Source of the DNA: Candidatus Yanofskybacteria bacterium RIFCSPHIGHO2_01_FULL_44_24
Lineage (GTDB): Bacteria > Patescibacteriota > Minisyncoccia > 2-02-FULL-40-12 > GWA2-44-9
Assembly (NCBI GenBank): GCA_001794215.1
Contig: MGJK01000012.1
Span: 80,818-144,817 of the forward strand
Reading direction: 5' to 3'
DNA length: 64,000 nt
Shown: in pieces, positions 9,135 through 18,269 of the stretch
Numbering within the stretch: the stretch's first letter is position 1
Layout of the letters: each line of letters starts with the position of its first letter
Program-made: the position numbers and the translations under genes
The notes under the pieces: generated by a model
Told to the model about the DNA's origin: nothing
Database searches by the model: none
Seen by the model: the letters and a program-made list of their open reading frames with translations, nothing else

Positions 9135-9385
9135 ACATCGTCTATCGCATATTTAGAATTTCATTCTTCGTTTTCTTGGATGTAAGCGGTATTTTACTCG
9201 GGATATTTCTGATTATGCTGGGGTCGGCTATGATATTAGGCTTGGAGGTCGCAGGTTGGATAGGCTGGGTCGTGCTGATACTCGGAATTTGCGCTTTTTT
9301 GCTGCATGTCGGTCATTACTTCAGCTTAAGATATATGCGCTGGACCTTCGGAGAAGATTACTTTGTTCAAAAAATTAAGAAATAA
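9131..9385 (+). CDS. Small membrane protein, hypothetical
   Basis: 84 aa with two or three transmembrane helices. Confidence 0.35.
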   Translation: MNIVYRIFRISFFVFLDVSGILLGIFLIMLGSAMILGLEVAGWIGWVVLILGICAFLLHVGHYFSLRYMRWTFGEDYFVQKIKK

Positions 9386-9450
9386 AAATTAATTGTTCTG
9401 GGTCGAGGAACAGGCGAAGTTAAATAAAACATTATTAAAATAAAAAACAA

Positions 9451-9843
9451 ATGAATAACAAATTGTTGGAATGGGTTTTGAGAATTTCCATTGCCGGTGA
9501 ATTCATCGGCCATGGCGTTTTTGCCATTCAGGGCAAAAAGGACTGGATAGGTTGGTTTGCCAAGTTTGGAGTGGGGGATCCGGAGATGGCAAAAAATTTG
9601 CTTTTCTGGATCGGTATCACGGATTTAGCAGTTGCTTTATTGGTATTAGTTCGTCCGATCAGAGTTGCACTTTTGTGGGCCTTGGTCTGGGGATTCTGGA
9701 CGGCATTGTTGAGACCGCTTGTCGGAATGCCGATTTGGGATTTTATCGAAAGGTGGGCTAATTGGGGAGCGCCCTTAGCGCTGCTACTTTACTACGGCTG
9801 GCCGAGGAGCTTGAAGAGCTGGTTCAAGGTTCGTGGCGAGTAG
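9451..9843 (+). CDS. Membrane protein, hypothetical
   Basis: 130 aa and hydrophobic. Confidence 0.4.
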   Translation: MNNKLLEWVLRISIAGEFIGHGVFAIQGKKDWIGWFAKFGVGDPEMAKNLLFWIGITDLAVALLVLVRPIRVALLWALVWGFWTALLRPLVGMPIWDFIERWANWGAPLALLLYYGWPRSLKSWFKVRGE

Positions 9844-9850
9844 GTAAATT

Positions 9851-10354
9851 TTGTCTCGCAAAGCTATGAGAGTATCATATTTCAGAAACTTTATATTCGG
9901 GGTAGAGGATGGTTTAGTTTCGACGGTTGGTCTTTTGTCGGGCATAGCAATTGCTGATGTCCCAAGCGGTACGATACTTTTGACCGGCATAGTCTTAGTA
10001 TTTGTGGAAGCTTTTTCAATGGCGGCCGGAAGCTTTTTATCTGAATATTCAGCCGAGGGATATGCGGAGAAGGTGGAGGAGCCCACAAAAAGGGATTTTG
10101 TCGCCGGGACGGTAATGTTTTTTTCCTATTTCATTTCGGGATTCATTCCTCTTTCGCCCTACATGATTATGTCTACAAATGACGCTCTCGGGCTTTCCGT
10201 AGTTTTATCGGTAGCGACTCTGTTCATTCTTGGCGTGGTCGGCGCCAAGATGTCTGGAACCGGTATAATGAGAAACGGTTTCAGGATGGCATTTGTCGGC
10301 GGTATAGCAATAACGGTTGGTATGATTGCGGGTAAATTCATTTCTAATTTATAA
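9851..10354 (+). CDS. VIT1/CCC1 family iron/manganese transporter-like membrane protein
   Basis: GVEDGLVSTVGLLSGIA...SMAAGSFLSEYS matches the VIT-family signature. Confidence 0.7.
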   Translation: MSRKAMRVSYFRNFIFGVEDGLVSTVGLLSGIAIADVPSGTILLTGIVLVFVEAFSMAAGSFLSEYSAEGYAEKVEEPTKRDFVAGTVMFFSYFISGFIPLSPYMIMSTNDALGLSVVLSVATLFILGVVGAKMSGTGIMRNGFRMAFVGGIAITVGMIAGKFISNL

Positions 10355-10357
10355 ATT

Positions 10358-11119
10358 ATGTTCGAACTTAAAGAGAAGGTCGCGGTAGTGACCGGTGGTC
10401 GAAGAGGTATGGGCAGGGCTCATGCCGTGGCTTTGGCCGCTCAAGGCGCTCATGTAGTCGTAACTGATGTCGATTCATCAGCGTGTCAGCCGGTAGTCGA
10501 TGAGATACGGCTGTCCGGAAGCAGGGCATCCTGTTTCAAGATGGATGTGTCTGATAAGCGCGAAGTCGATCGGGTCTTTGACGAGGTAATTAAGGAATAC
10601 GGGAAGATAGATATACTTGTAAATAATGCCGGAATTTTTGCCTCTAAGCCGGCGCTGGATATCAGCGAAGATGAGTGGGAGAAAATGATTCATATCAATT
10701 TGCGGGGCCAGTTTTTGTGCGCCCAAAGAGCCGCGAAAGAAATGGCGAAAAATAAGTGGGGGAGGATAATTAATATTTCTTCGATTGCCTCCGGCGGGGT
10801 TGGTGTCGGTTTTGCCGGCGCGGCTCATTACACTGCTTCCAAGGGGGGCATAATCGGCATGACCGAGACTCTGGCGGTGGAGCTGGCTTCATTGGGAATT
10901 AATGTCAATGCAATTGCTCCTGGAGCGATTGATACTCCGATGATCGATGCCGCTAAAATACCAAAGGAAGCGCTCGATGCCATGCTTCAGTCCATCCCTC
11001 TAAGAAGGATCGGCCGGCCCGAAGAGGTTTCAGCGGCGGTTATTTTCTTGGCATCGGAGGAAGTTAGCTATATTACTGGTGCTACTTTGTATGTTGACGG
11101 AGGCTGGTTAGCGGCTTAA
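10358..11119 (+). CDS. SDR-family oxidoreductase (FabG-like 3-oxoacyl reductase fold)
   Basis: TGGRRGMGRAHA (TGxxxGxG), NNAG, and the catalytic S...YxxxK (YTASKGG). Confidence 0.9.
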   Translation: MFELKEKVAVVTGGRRGMGRAHAVALAAQGAHVVVTDVDSSACQPVVDEIRLSGSRASCFKMDVSDKREVDRVFDEVIKEYGKIDILVNNAGIFASKPALDISEDEWEKMIHINLRGQFLCAQRAAKEMAKNKWGRIINISSIASGGVGVGFAGAAHYTASKGGIIGMTETLAVELASLGINVNAIAPGAIDTPMIDAAKIPKEALDAMLQSIPLRRIGRPEEVSAAVIFLASEEVSYITGATLYVDGGWLAA

Positions 11120-11142
11120 TCTGTGCTTAAATAAACAAACTT

Positions 11143-11598
11143 ATGACAAAATATCAAAAAATTTCGATGTTCTTTCTACGGTTATCTATCGGTTGGCTGA
11201 TGTTTTATGCTGGTATAACTAAGGTCATCAATCCCGATTGGTCGGCGGCCGGATATTTGAAGGGAGCCAAGATGCTCACGGGATTTTACGGATGGCTTAT
11301 CAGTCCCGGAATTCTTCCCGGTTTGAATTTTGTAAACGAATGGGGACTGACCTTGCTTGGTGTATCCCTGATTTTAGGAGTCGGAGTGCGTTTAAGTTCG
11401 GTTTTGGGCGCAATCCTGATGTTACTTTATTACTTGCCCCTTGGACTTCCTTATCCTAATCCCCATTCACTTATAGTCGACGAGCATATCATTTACATGT
11501 TTGTTTTACTCATGTTTGCTACCTATCGTGTCGGGCGAGTCTGGGGATTGGATAGTAAACTCTCGAATTATTCAAGCTTTTTTGCTAAGCTTGGATAG
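11143..11598 (+). CDS. DoxX-family membrane protein
   Basis: LRLSIGWLMFYAGITK plus hydrophobic helices. Confidence 0.55.
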   Translation: MTKYQKISMFFLRLSIGWLMFYAGITKVINPDWSAAGYLKGAKMLTGFYGWLISPGILPGLNFVNEWGLTLLGVSLILGVGVRLSSVLGAILMLLYYLPLGLPYPNPHSLIVDEHIIYMFVLLMFATYRVGRVWGLDSKLSNYSSFFAKLG

Positions 11599-12056
11599 TG
11601 AAAAAGAAAGTTTTAACACTCTGTCTGATTCATCAACATCCCAATCTTTTGCTTGGAATGAAGAAGAGGGGTTTTGGGGTGGGAAAATGGAATGGATTCG
11701 GGGGCAAAGTTGAGCCTGGCGAGGAGATAGAGGATGCCGTTTATAGGGAGGTCTGGGAAGAAGCCGGAGTGAAGATTGCCGGAGCCGAAAAGGTCGGTCA
11801 TATTAATTTTAAATTCGCAGGAGAGCCCGAAGCGCTTGAGGTACATATTTTTAAAGCCGGCAGTTTCAGCGGAGAGCCTCGGGAGAGCGACGAGATGAAG
11901 CCTCAGTGGTTTCATATTGACGAAATACCCCTTGATCAAATGTGGTCGGATGACAAGATTTGGCTGCCGTTATTTTTGGCCGGTAAAAAATTCAAAGGCG
12001 AGTTTTTCTTTGAAGGACATGATAAAATTTTAGAACATAAATTGGAGTTGATTTAG
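11598..12056 (+). CDS. NUDIX hydrolase, MTH1 (NUDT1)-like oxidised-purine nucleotide pyrophosphatase
   Basis: LLGMKKRGFGVGKWNGFGGKVEPGEEIEDAVYREVWEEAG is a NUDIX box. Whole-length similarity to MTH1-type enzymes, including the conserved DEMKPQWF and DDKIWLPLFL blocks. The true start is probably at the internal Met (MKKRGFG). Confidence 0.8.
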   Translation: MKKKVLTLCLIHQHPNLLLGMKKRGFGVGKWNGFGGKVEPGEEIEDAVYREVWEEAGVKIAGAEKVGHINFKFAGEPEALEVHIFKAGSFSGEPRESDEMKPQWFHIDEIPLDQMWSDDKIWLPLFLAGKKFKGEFFFEGHDKILEHKLELI

Positions 12057-13078
12057 TGAATAAGAATAAAAAGAAAATTGTTGTTGCTATATCCGGTGGG
12101 ATGGACCCTATTCATATCGGGCATATTAGGCTTATTCAGGAAGCGAGAAGGCTTGGCGATAAATTAGTGGTGATTTTAAATAACGATAATTGGCTTAAAA
12201 AAAAGAAAAGACATATTTTCATGCACCAGAAAGAGAGAAAAGAAGTCCTTGAGTCAATCGAGGGGGTCGATCAGGTCGTCTTGACCAGTCATCCCCGGAA
12301 CCCTAAGGATATGAGCGTGTCTCGGGAGCTACTGAAGATCAAACCGGATATTTTTGCCAATGGCGGAGACAGAAAGGGCGAGAACGATATACCGGAGGTC
12401 GGAGTATGCAACAGGATCGGCTGTACGATGGCTTTCAATGTTGGTCGGGGCGGGAAGATCCAGTCCAGTTCCTGGCTCTTAAGCAGGTACGTGAGCAAGC
12501 TTAAGCCGGTACGCAGGCTCAAGGTTAAAAAGATTCTTGAGGAACTGAAGATAGCTCTCGGTAAATCCAATGTAAAATTGTCATTAGTCCTGAAACTCAA
12601 AGCCGCCAAGATCATGCTTAAGCTTATGAATAAGAAAACTGGATTCGGCCTTTTTGTTATTTTGGGGTGGCAGAATAAGTGGCGAAGCCATACCGATTTG
12701 CCCGACTCGGTCCAGGATATTTACGTAGAACATCCGCATAATATTTTAAAAGCATATCGGACGGGCAAATATAATATAGAAACTACCATCAATTTTGACG
12801 GCGCTATTCTGATAGATGCAAGGGGGAATATCATTCATTCAGGGATAATCATCGAAGGTTTAAAGCCTCGGTCAGCGGCTGATAAAATAAATCCGGGAAA
12901 GTTCAAGGACTTATCTGAGCAGTTCGGTTTCAGAAAAAAGGTGCATTCACGCCACCTCTCGGCCATTACGGCCTCATATATTTTTAAAGGTACGACCGTT
13001 ATGACCGTTTCCGAAGAAACAAACTCTTTTCATGTATTTGAAAACGGGCGCATAGCGTATAGAATGTATGATGAATAA
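12056..13078 (+). CDS. Fusion protein: cytidylyltransferase-like (HxGH) nucleotidyltransferase domain plus diadenylate cyclase (DAC/DisA_N) domain
   Basis: N-terminus: VVAISGGMDPIHIGHIRLIQEA (HxGH) ... GGDRKG. C-terminus: FDGAILIDARGNIIHSGIII ... SRHLSAITAS ... TVMTVSEETNSFHVFENG, matching the DAC motifs DGA / (T)RHR / VSEETG. Confidence 0.65.
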   Translation: MNKNKKKIVVAISGGMDPIHIGHIRLIQEARRLGDKLVVILNNDNWLKKKKRHIFMHQKERKEVLESIEGVDQVVLTSHPRNPKDMSVSRELLKIKPDIFANGGDRKGENDIPEVGVCNRIGCTMAFNVGRGGKIQSSSWLLSRYVSKLKPVRRLKVKKILEELKIALGKSNVKLSLVLKLKAAKIMLKLMNKKTGFGLFVILGWQNKWRSHTDLPDSVQDIYVEHPHNILKAYRTGKYNIETTINFDGAILIDARGNIIHSGIIIEGLKPRSAADKINPGKFKDLSEQFGFRKKVHSRHLSAITASYIFKGTTVMTVSEETNSFHVFENGRIAYRMYDE

Positions 13079-13505
13079 ATCAACGGAACAGAACCAGCAA
13101 CCTAAGGTCGGCATCGGGGTAATGATATTCAAGGATGGCAAGGTGCTGTTGGGCAAAAGAAAAGGATCGCACGGAGCGGGGGAGTATTCTTTTCCCGGAG
13201 GGCATCTTGATTACATGGAATTTTTCGCCGAATGTGCAAGGCGGGAAACATTAGAGGAATGCGGGATAGAAATTCAAAATATCCGCTTTCAGTTTTTAGC
13301 GAATGAAAAACTTTATGCTCCCAAGCACTATACCCACATCGGCCTTACTGCCGATTGGAAAAGCGGCGAGCCGAAAGTCCTTGAGCCTAATAAGTGTGAA
13401 TCCTGGAGCTGGTATGAGGTAGAAAAACTGCCGAGCCCCCTTTTTGATACTTGCCGTTTGGCCATCGACAGTTATTTAAATAATAAAAATTATTACGATG
13501 AATAG
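13068..13505 (+). CDS. NUDIX hydrolase
   Basis: GHLDYMEFFAECARRETLEECGIE NUDIX box. It overlaps the neighbouring genes by a few nucleotides, indicating an operon. Confidence 0.8.
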   Translation: MMNKSTEQNQQPKVGIGVMIFKDGKVLLGKRKGSHGAGEYSFPGGHLDYMEFFAECARRETLEECGIEIQNIRFQFLANEKLYAPKHYTHIGLTADWKSGEPKVLEPNKCESWSWYEVEKLPSPLFDTCRLAIDSYLNNKNYYDE

Positions 13506-14469
13506 CCTATCTGAGGCCAAGAAAATAAAAATTGTTTGTTTTGGCGGAGGAACCGGGATGCCTTCGCTTCTTTCCGGCTTAAAACATAATCCATGGCTGG
13601 ATATTGCGGCGGTCGTAAATATGTTTGATACCGGCGGGAGTTCGGGGGAGTTAAGGGATCGATTCGGCATTCTTCCTCCCGGTGATATCCTGAAATGCCT
13701 TTTAGCTTTATCTGAGGACGATGCCGTCGCCCGGAAAATTCTGCTTAAACGGATCAGTCACAATTCTTATCCCGGCCACACCGGAGGCAATCTTCTTTTG
13801 CTTGGCTTAGAGAAGGTCTACGCCAACTATCAGGAGGCGGTGGACTCATTAGCCCAGATTCTTTCGGTGAAGGGCCGCGTGCTACCGGTTACATTGGCTG
13901 ATGCGACTTTGTGTGGAAAATTCAAGGACAAGACCGTCTATAAAGGCGAAACAAGTATTGATGTCGGGATATTCGAAGGCAGAGAGGTCGACGAGTTATT
14001 CTTAGAGCCTGCGGTGAAGGCATCGTCTCAGGCGTTGAAAGCAATACGCGACGCCGATGTTATGTGTATCGGGCCGGGCAGTTTCTATACCAGCGTCCTG
14101 CCGAATTTTCTTCCGGTCGGAATAAAAGAAGCCATCAAAAAATCTAAAGCGCCTATCATATTTACCTCTAATCTTTTGACCGAAGGCATGGGGATGCGCG
14201 GGTTTACATTGGACAAAATAGTCAAAGTCTTAGAACGGTATACGGGCCGGAGAATTAATGCGGCGATTGCAAACAAGAAATTGCCCAGCCGGGATGTGTT
14301 GGATAAATACGCCCAGGAAAGAAAGCATCCCATCGTCATTAAAAATAAAATTAAGGGTACGAAGCTTATTAGAGCCGACCTCTGGATTGATACGGCCATT
14401 GCCCGCCATGATTCTATGCGTTTGTCGAATCTGATATTCGGAACAATTCACCGGCTTCTCAAAAAATAA
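13498..14469 (+). CDS. YvcK/CofD-like (UPF0052) gluconeogenesis-factor family protein
   Basis: KIVCFGGGTGMPSLLSGLK ... VVNMFDTGGSSGELRDRFGILPPGDI signature. Confidence 0.85.
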   Translation: MNSLSEAKKIKIVCFGGGTGMPSLLSGLKHNPWLDIAAVVNMFDTGGSSGELRDRFGILPPGDILKCLLALSEDDAVARKILLKRISHNSYPGHTGGNLLLLGLEKVYANYQEAVDSLAQILSVKGRVLPVTLADATLCGKFKDKTVYKGETSIDVGIFEGREVDELFLEPAVKASSQALKAIRDADVMCIGPGSFYTSVLPNFLPVGIKEAIKKSKAPIIFTSNLLTEGMGMRGFTLDKIVKVLERYTGRRINAAIANKKLPSRDVLDKYAQERKHPIVIKNKIKGTKLIRADLWIDTAIARHDSMRLSNLIFGTIHRLLKK

Positions 14470-14494
14470 ACCGTATATTATAATAGTTAACAAT

Positions 14495-15136
14495 ATGGAT
14501 TCAGAAAATAACCAAAACCAACTCGACGCGGCAAAAGAAGCTTTTTCCCGCAGAGAACAGAAAAATAGGGAAGCCGCCGCCAGAAGGAGAAAGAAGACTT
14601 TGAAGAAAGCGGTTGTTTGGGCTGTTTTAATCTTAGCTATATTTCTGGTCGTCTTTATTTCTTCTAAGAATGAAACTACTCAAGAACCGACTAATTCCGC
14701 AGAGCAGTTTTTCGCGGCTCAAAATCGGGACCATATCAAGGTCGGGGAGTCTCATCCGGCATATAACTCCGATCCACCGACGGGCGGATGGCACTACGAT
14801 CAGCCGGTCCAGTCGGGGATATATGATAAGGAATTTCCAGACGAACAGCTTATACATAACTTAGAGCATGGACACGTTTGGATTTCCTATCGGGCAGATT
14901 TGGATCAGGAAAGCATAGAGAAGCTTGCCGATATTGCGAAGGATTTCGGATCCAAAATCGTTATGACCCTAAGATCAAAGAACGATACCAAAATAGCATT
15001 AGCATCATGGGAATATCTTCTCAAAATGGATACGGTAGACGAGGCCGCGACAAATGAATTCATCAAAGATCACCGCGGGCGCGGCCCGGAGAATATAGTG
15101 GATTTCGGATTTAAGGATTTCCGAACCACGAAGTAA
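14495..15136 (+). CDS. Membrane-anchored DUF3105-like protein
   Basis: N-terminal K/R-rich segment then a transmembrane helix. SHPAYNSDPPTGGWHYDQP...LIHNLEHGHVWISY resembles DUF3105. Confidence 0.45.
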   Translation: MDSENNQNQLDAAKEAFSRREQKNREAAARRRKKTLKKAVVWAVLILAIFLVVFISSKNETTQEPTNSAEQFFAAQNRDHIKVGESHPAYNSDPPTGGWHYDQPVQSGIYDKEFPDEQLIHNLEHGHVWISYRADLDQESIEKLADIAKDFGSKIVMTLRSKNDTKIALASWEYLLKMDTVDEAATNEFIKDHRGRGPENIVDFGFKDFRTTK

Positions 15137-15181
15137 TCGAGCTATCTCGGTGAACCTGTCAGACGCACCGTTTGACTAACG

Positions 15182-16501
15182 GTGCTTTTTGTAGTACCTT
15201 CTGGCCGAGAACCTTTACATTCGGGGTGGACAATGAAGAAGGTCAGTGTCGGTATCCTGAAGAACGGAATGCGTTTCTATACTCAGGGCGACCCCAGCTC
15301 AAACGTTTCGGGTATCGGCGTTAAGTGCGGTTCTATGCATGATCCGCCTGGCTGTGTCGGGCTTGCTCATCTTGTGGAACATATGCTCTGCAGAGAATCC
15401 AGGGATTTTCCGGGACTGTCAGTGGACTTAATGATGGAGAAATATATGGGCGGGCCCGATGCCGATATTAACGTCAGGATCGATCGTTCGAGCACTTTTT
15501 ACGGCCACGATTCGATTCTGTACCGCCAGCATATGCTGGAGTGCTTCAATATGTATGCCAGTCTTCTCAAGGACAAGACAACCAATATGGAAGCTCTTCA
15601 GTTGGAATCCGCGGCGGTCCATCAGGAATATTATCTTTACGGCATAGATTACATCCCCAACTTGGTGGATGATCTGATTCACGAGGTGATGTACGATCGA
15701 AATCCGGCAAGAAACAGAGTTGATTGCAGGCCGGAAGATCTGTCTGCCATAAATCTTCAGCGGGTTTCTTCCTTTGTCAGGAAGTATTATGTGCCGTCAA
15801 ATATGTTCATTGTGTTGCTCGGACCGAGCTTCCATGATTCCAAAAAGATGGTTGAACGGCTGTTCGGAAGATTGCCTCAAGTTGAAAGCCCCAAGCTTGA
15901 TCTCGATTTGAGCGAAAGATTCCCAAACCTTACGCACACTCGGTCTTTGGAGATTGAAAGGCCCGGGATTCACCAATACCATCTTGGGATCGGTTTTCCG
16001 ACCGAAACATACTTGAGTAAAGACGCTGAAGCGTTAGATACCTTATCCCGGATCCTTGCTTTCAGGGTAAAACTAAAGCTGCGCGAAGGTAATCGGGATT
16101 TCAATAAGGGTGTTTATCGAGCCCTCTCCTATACTCCAAGGACTTTTGCTCACGGCCTGATCTATGTGTCTGTCGCCACGACCAGCGCCGAATTTATCAG
16201 AGAAGCTGAAGAGACGATCATCTCTGAGTGTAAGAGATTAAGGGAAGAGCCTGTGAGCAGTGAAGAGCTCGAGGCTATGACCCGAAGCCTCCTGTACTCT
16301 TATCGCAACGCCTTTATTAAGTCTCCGGGAGTCTTGTCGGAACTTATTATCGAATCAGTTTGCAACGGCGATGAGGACCTGATTCACCTCCATTCTTTCA
16401 GGGATCGTTTGAGAAAAGTCACCCGAAGGAAAATCATGGAGGTTGCCAATAAATACTTCTGCCTGCCCAATTACGGCAGAGTATTGATAAAGCCCACATA
16501 G
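15182..16501 (+). CDS. M16 (pitrilysin/insulinase) family zinc peptidase
   Basis: The inverted zinc motif HxxEH (GLAHLVEHMLC) sits near the N-terminus, in a two-domain protein of about 420 aa. The likely start is the internal MKKVSVG around 15233. Confidence 0.7.
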   Translation: MLFVVPSGREPLHSGWTMKKVSVGILKNGMRFYTQGDPSSNVSGIGVKCGSMHDPPGCVGLAHLVEHMLCRESRDFPGLSVDLMMEKYMGGPDADINVRIDRSSTFYGHDSILYRQHMLECFNMYASLLKDKTTNMEALQLESAAVHQEYYLYGIDYIPNLVDDLIHEVMYDRNPARNRVDCRPEDLSAINLQRVSSFVRKYYVPSNMFIVLLGPSFHDSKKMVERLFGRLPQVESPKLDLDLSERFPNLTHTRSLEIERPGIHQYHLGIGFPTETYLSKDAEALDTLSRILAFRVKLKLREGNRDFNKGVYRALSYTPRTFAHGLIYVSVATTSAEFIREAEETIISECKRLREEPVSSEELEAMTRSLLYSYRNAFIKSPGVLSELIIESVCNGDEDLIHLHSFRDRLRKVTRRKIMEVANKYFCLPNYGRVLIKPT

Positions 16502-16541
16502 GGCTTTTTGTTTTGGTAAATTTTATTGTACTATATAACAG

Positions 16542-17276
16542 ATGCCTAAACTCCAAAATACTCTTAAAATCTCGCGGAGCGGGTTGAAATTGTTTCTTGA
16601 ATGTCCAAGATGTTTTTGGCTTGATGTAAGACACAAGATCAAACGGCCTCCCGGATATCCTTTCACACTTTCTATAGCCGTGGACTATTTGGTCAAAAAG
16701 GAATTCGACGTTTATCGAGAAAAGGGTCAGTTGCCTCCGGTTTTGAAAAAGTTCGGTATCAAAGATGCGGTACTTTATAATGGCGAGCACCTATCCGAGT
16801 GGCGCAATAATTTTAAGGGCGTTGCTTATTGGAACGAAGAACTGAACGCCATACTATACGGAGCGGTCGATGATGTCCTGGAGTTTTCGGATGGTTCTCT
16901 GGGTGTAATTGATTACAAATCTTCCGGGGCCCGGGAAATTACTATCTACGATGATTATCAGAAGCAGATGGATGTTTATAATTATATTTTGAATCAAAAA
17001 GGTTTTCAGACTTATCCTGAGGCATTCTTCGTTTTTTATAAAGTCATTAAGGAAGGGGAGTCCGGGTTTTACAACGCTCTCAAATTTACCGAGGAAGTCA
17101 GGCCGGTTAAGGTCAATTCCGGCTGGGTCGAGTCTGTTTTCGAACAGGCCGTTGCGACGGCCCGCTCTGAAACTTCTCCCGGGCCCGGCACGGGCGGGAA
17201 AAATGGCCACTGTGATCATTGTCATTTCGTAGAGATGGCCATGACGCACAAGATTAACCCTGATTCCAATGAGTAA
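16542..17276 (+). CDS. PD-(D/E)XK nuclease, Cas4/RecB-like, with Cys cluster
   Basis: N-terminal ECPRCFWL. Core motifs D...VIDYKSSG...QMDVYNY. C-terminal GHCDHCHF, a four-Cys arrangement like Cas4 Fe-S nucleases. Confidence 0.6.
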   Translation: MPKLQNTLKISRSGLKLFLECPRCFWLDVRHKIKRPPGYPFTLSIAVDYLVKKEFDVYREKGQLPPVLKKFGIKDAVLYNGEHLSEWRNNFKGVAYWNEELNAILYGAVDDVLEFSDGSLGVIDYKSSGAREITIYDDYQKQMDVYNYILNQKGFQTYPEAFFVFYKVIKEGESGFYNALKFTEEVRPVKVNSGWVESVFEQAVATARSETSPGPGTGGKNGHCDHCHFVEMAMTHKINPDSNE

Positions 17277-17288
17277 TCAAAAGACCGC

Positions 17289-17744
17289 CTAAGAGGCGGT
17301 CTGGTCTTTCTTTGCGTAAAGCCGGTCTATGGTTTCTTGGCTTATGTTTGTGAGCTTAAGGCGGTTGCTGAAGTTCATGATTGGCCGAGGAGCTATTATC
17401 GAGAGGATAGCGAGGGGTATTGAGAATAAGCCGACGAGCGTACAGATCGTGAAAATTGCCATAGCGGGAGCGAAATTCAGGAAGTCGGGAGAAACCTTGC
17501 CTATCAAGCCGGTTAAAATAAAAAATCCCATCATCGGCAAATAGCAGAGAAGTAGGTACGAAAGAAAGTTCCCAAAATAATTCAGGTCTTTCCTTACCCA
17601 GTCCCAACCGGGATTGCTCGGTCCTATCCATGTCGATAGTTCTGCCGCAACCAATTTGGGCAGGCGATTAGTTACGATTTTTCTCATCATCTGAATATAA
17701 AAAATTCCGATTATCAGGTATAGAACGTTCAGAAGGAATAGCAT
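17289..17744 (-). CDS. Polytopic membrane protein, hypothetical
   Basis: 151 aa with four predicted transmembrane helices. Confidence 0.45.
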   Translation of the reverse strand: MLFLLNVLYLIIGIFYIQMMRKIVTNRLPKLVAAELSTWIGPSNPGWDWVRKDLNYFGNFLSYLLLCYLPMMGFFILTGLIGKVSPDFLNFAPAMAIFTICTLVGLFSIPLAILSIIAPRPIMNFSNRLKLTNISQETIDRLYAKKDQTAS

Positions 17745-17821
17745 CCCGAGCCCTCGTTGTTAAAGAATCAATCTACCAGACTATATCAGATCATTCATGA
17801 TTGTCCAGAGATCCGGCTTAC

Positions 17822-18200
17822 GTTAGGGAGGGCTCGATCTATAGGGCACGGCATAAATTTCTGGTGAAATTTTGCCTTTTGCTCGCCTCGGCCAGTCTGC
17901 GCAAATCCCTATAAATCAGGCCCTCCCTAACGATCAGGTAGCCAAATCAATTATTATTTTAGGGATTTACGCAAAACTACATAGCGAGCCCCCTTGTCTA
18001 TCTGAGGCATTTGAGACCCCGCCCCTTGCATGGTTCTGAAGGGGCGGGGCGAACATAGCTGAGTCCCGTCGTTGGCGGGACGGAGGCGTGCTGAAGATAG
18101 ATAGGGGGTGAGTAAAATTTATGGCATGCCTCGAATAAGCCAAGGCTGAGAGGCTTTTATGTCGTGCTCGAAAGAGACTTGCTTATCGGCTTATTAGCAT
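17822..18200. repeat. Modular intergenic repeat element, locus B (about 108-nt unit bounded by 11-bp perfect inverted repeats)
   Basis: ttagggagggc (17823-17833) and gccctccctaa (17920-17930) flank a segment containing tatagggcacggcataaa and gcgcaaatccct. The locus also holds a GC-only 9-bp hairpin ccccgcccc/ggggcgggg (18017-18049), gcatttgagacccc, and cctcgaataagccaaggctgag (18129-18150). Confidence 0.75.
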
Positions 18201-18269
18201 GATGTGTCTTGATTTTTCGGTACAAATTGGTTAGTATAATAACGCTTTTATCCCACAAGGAGTGAAGGC

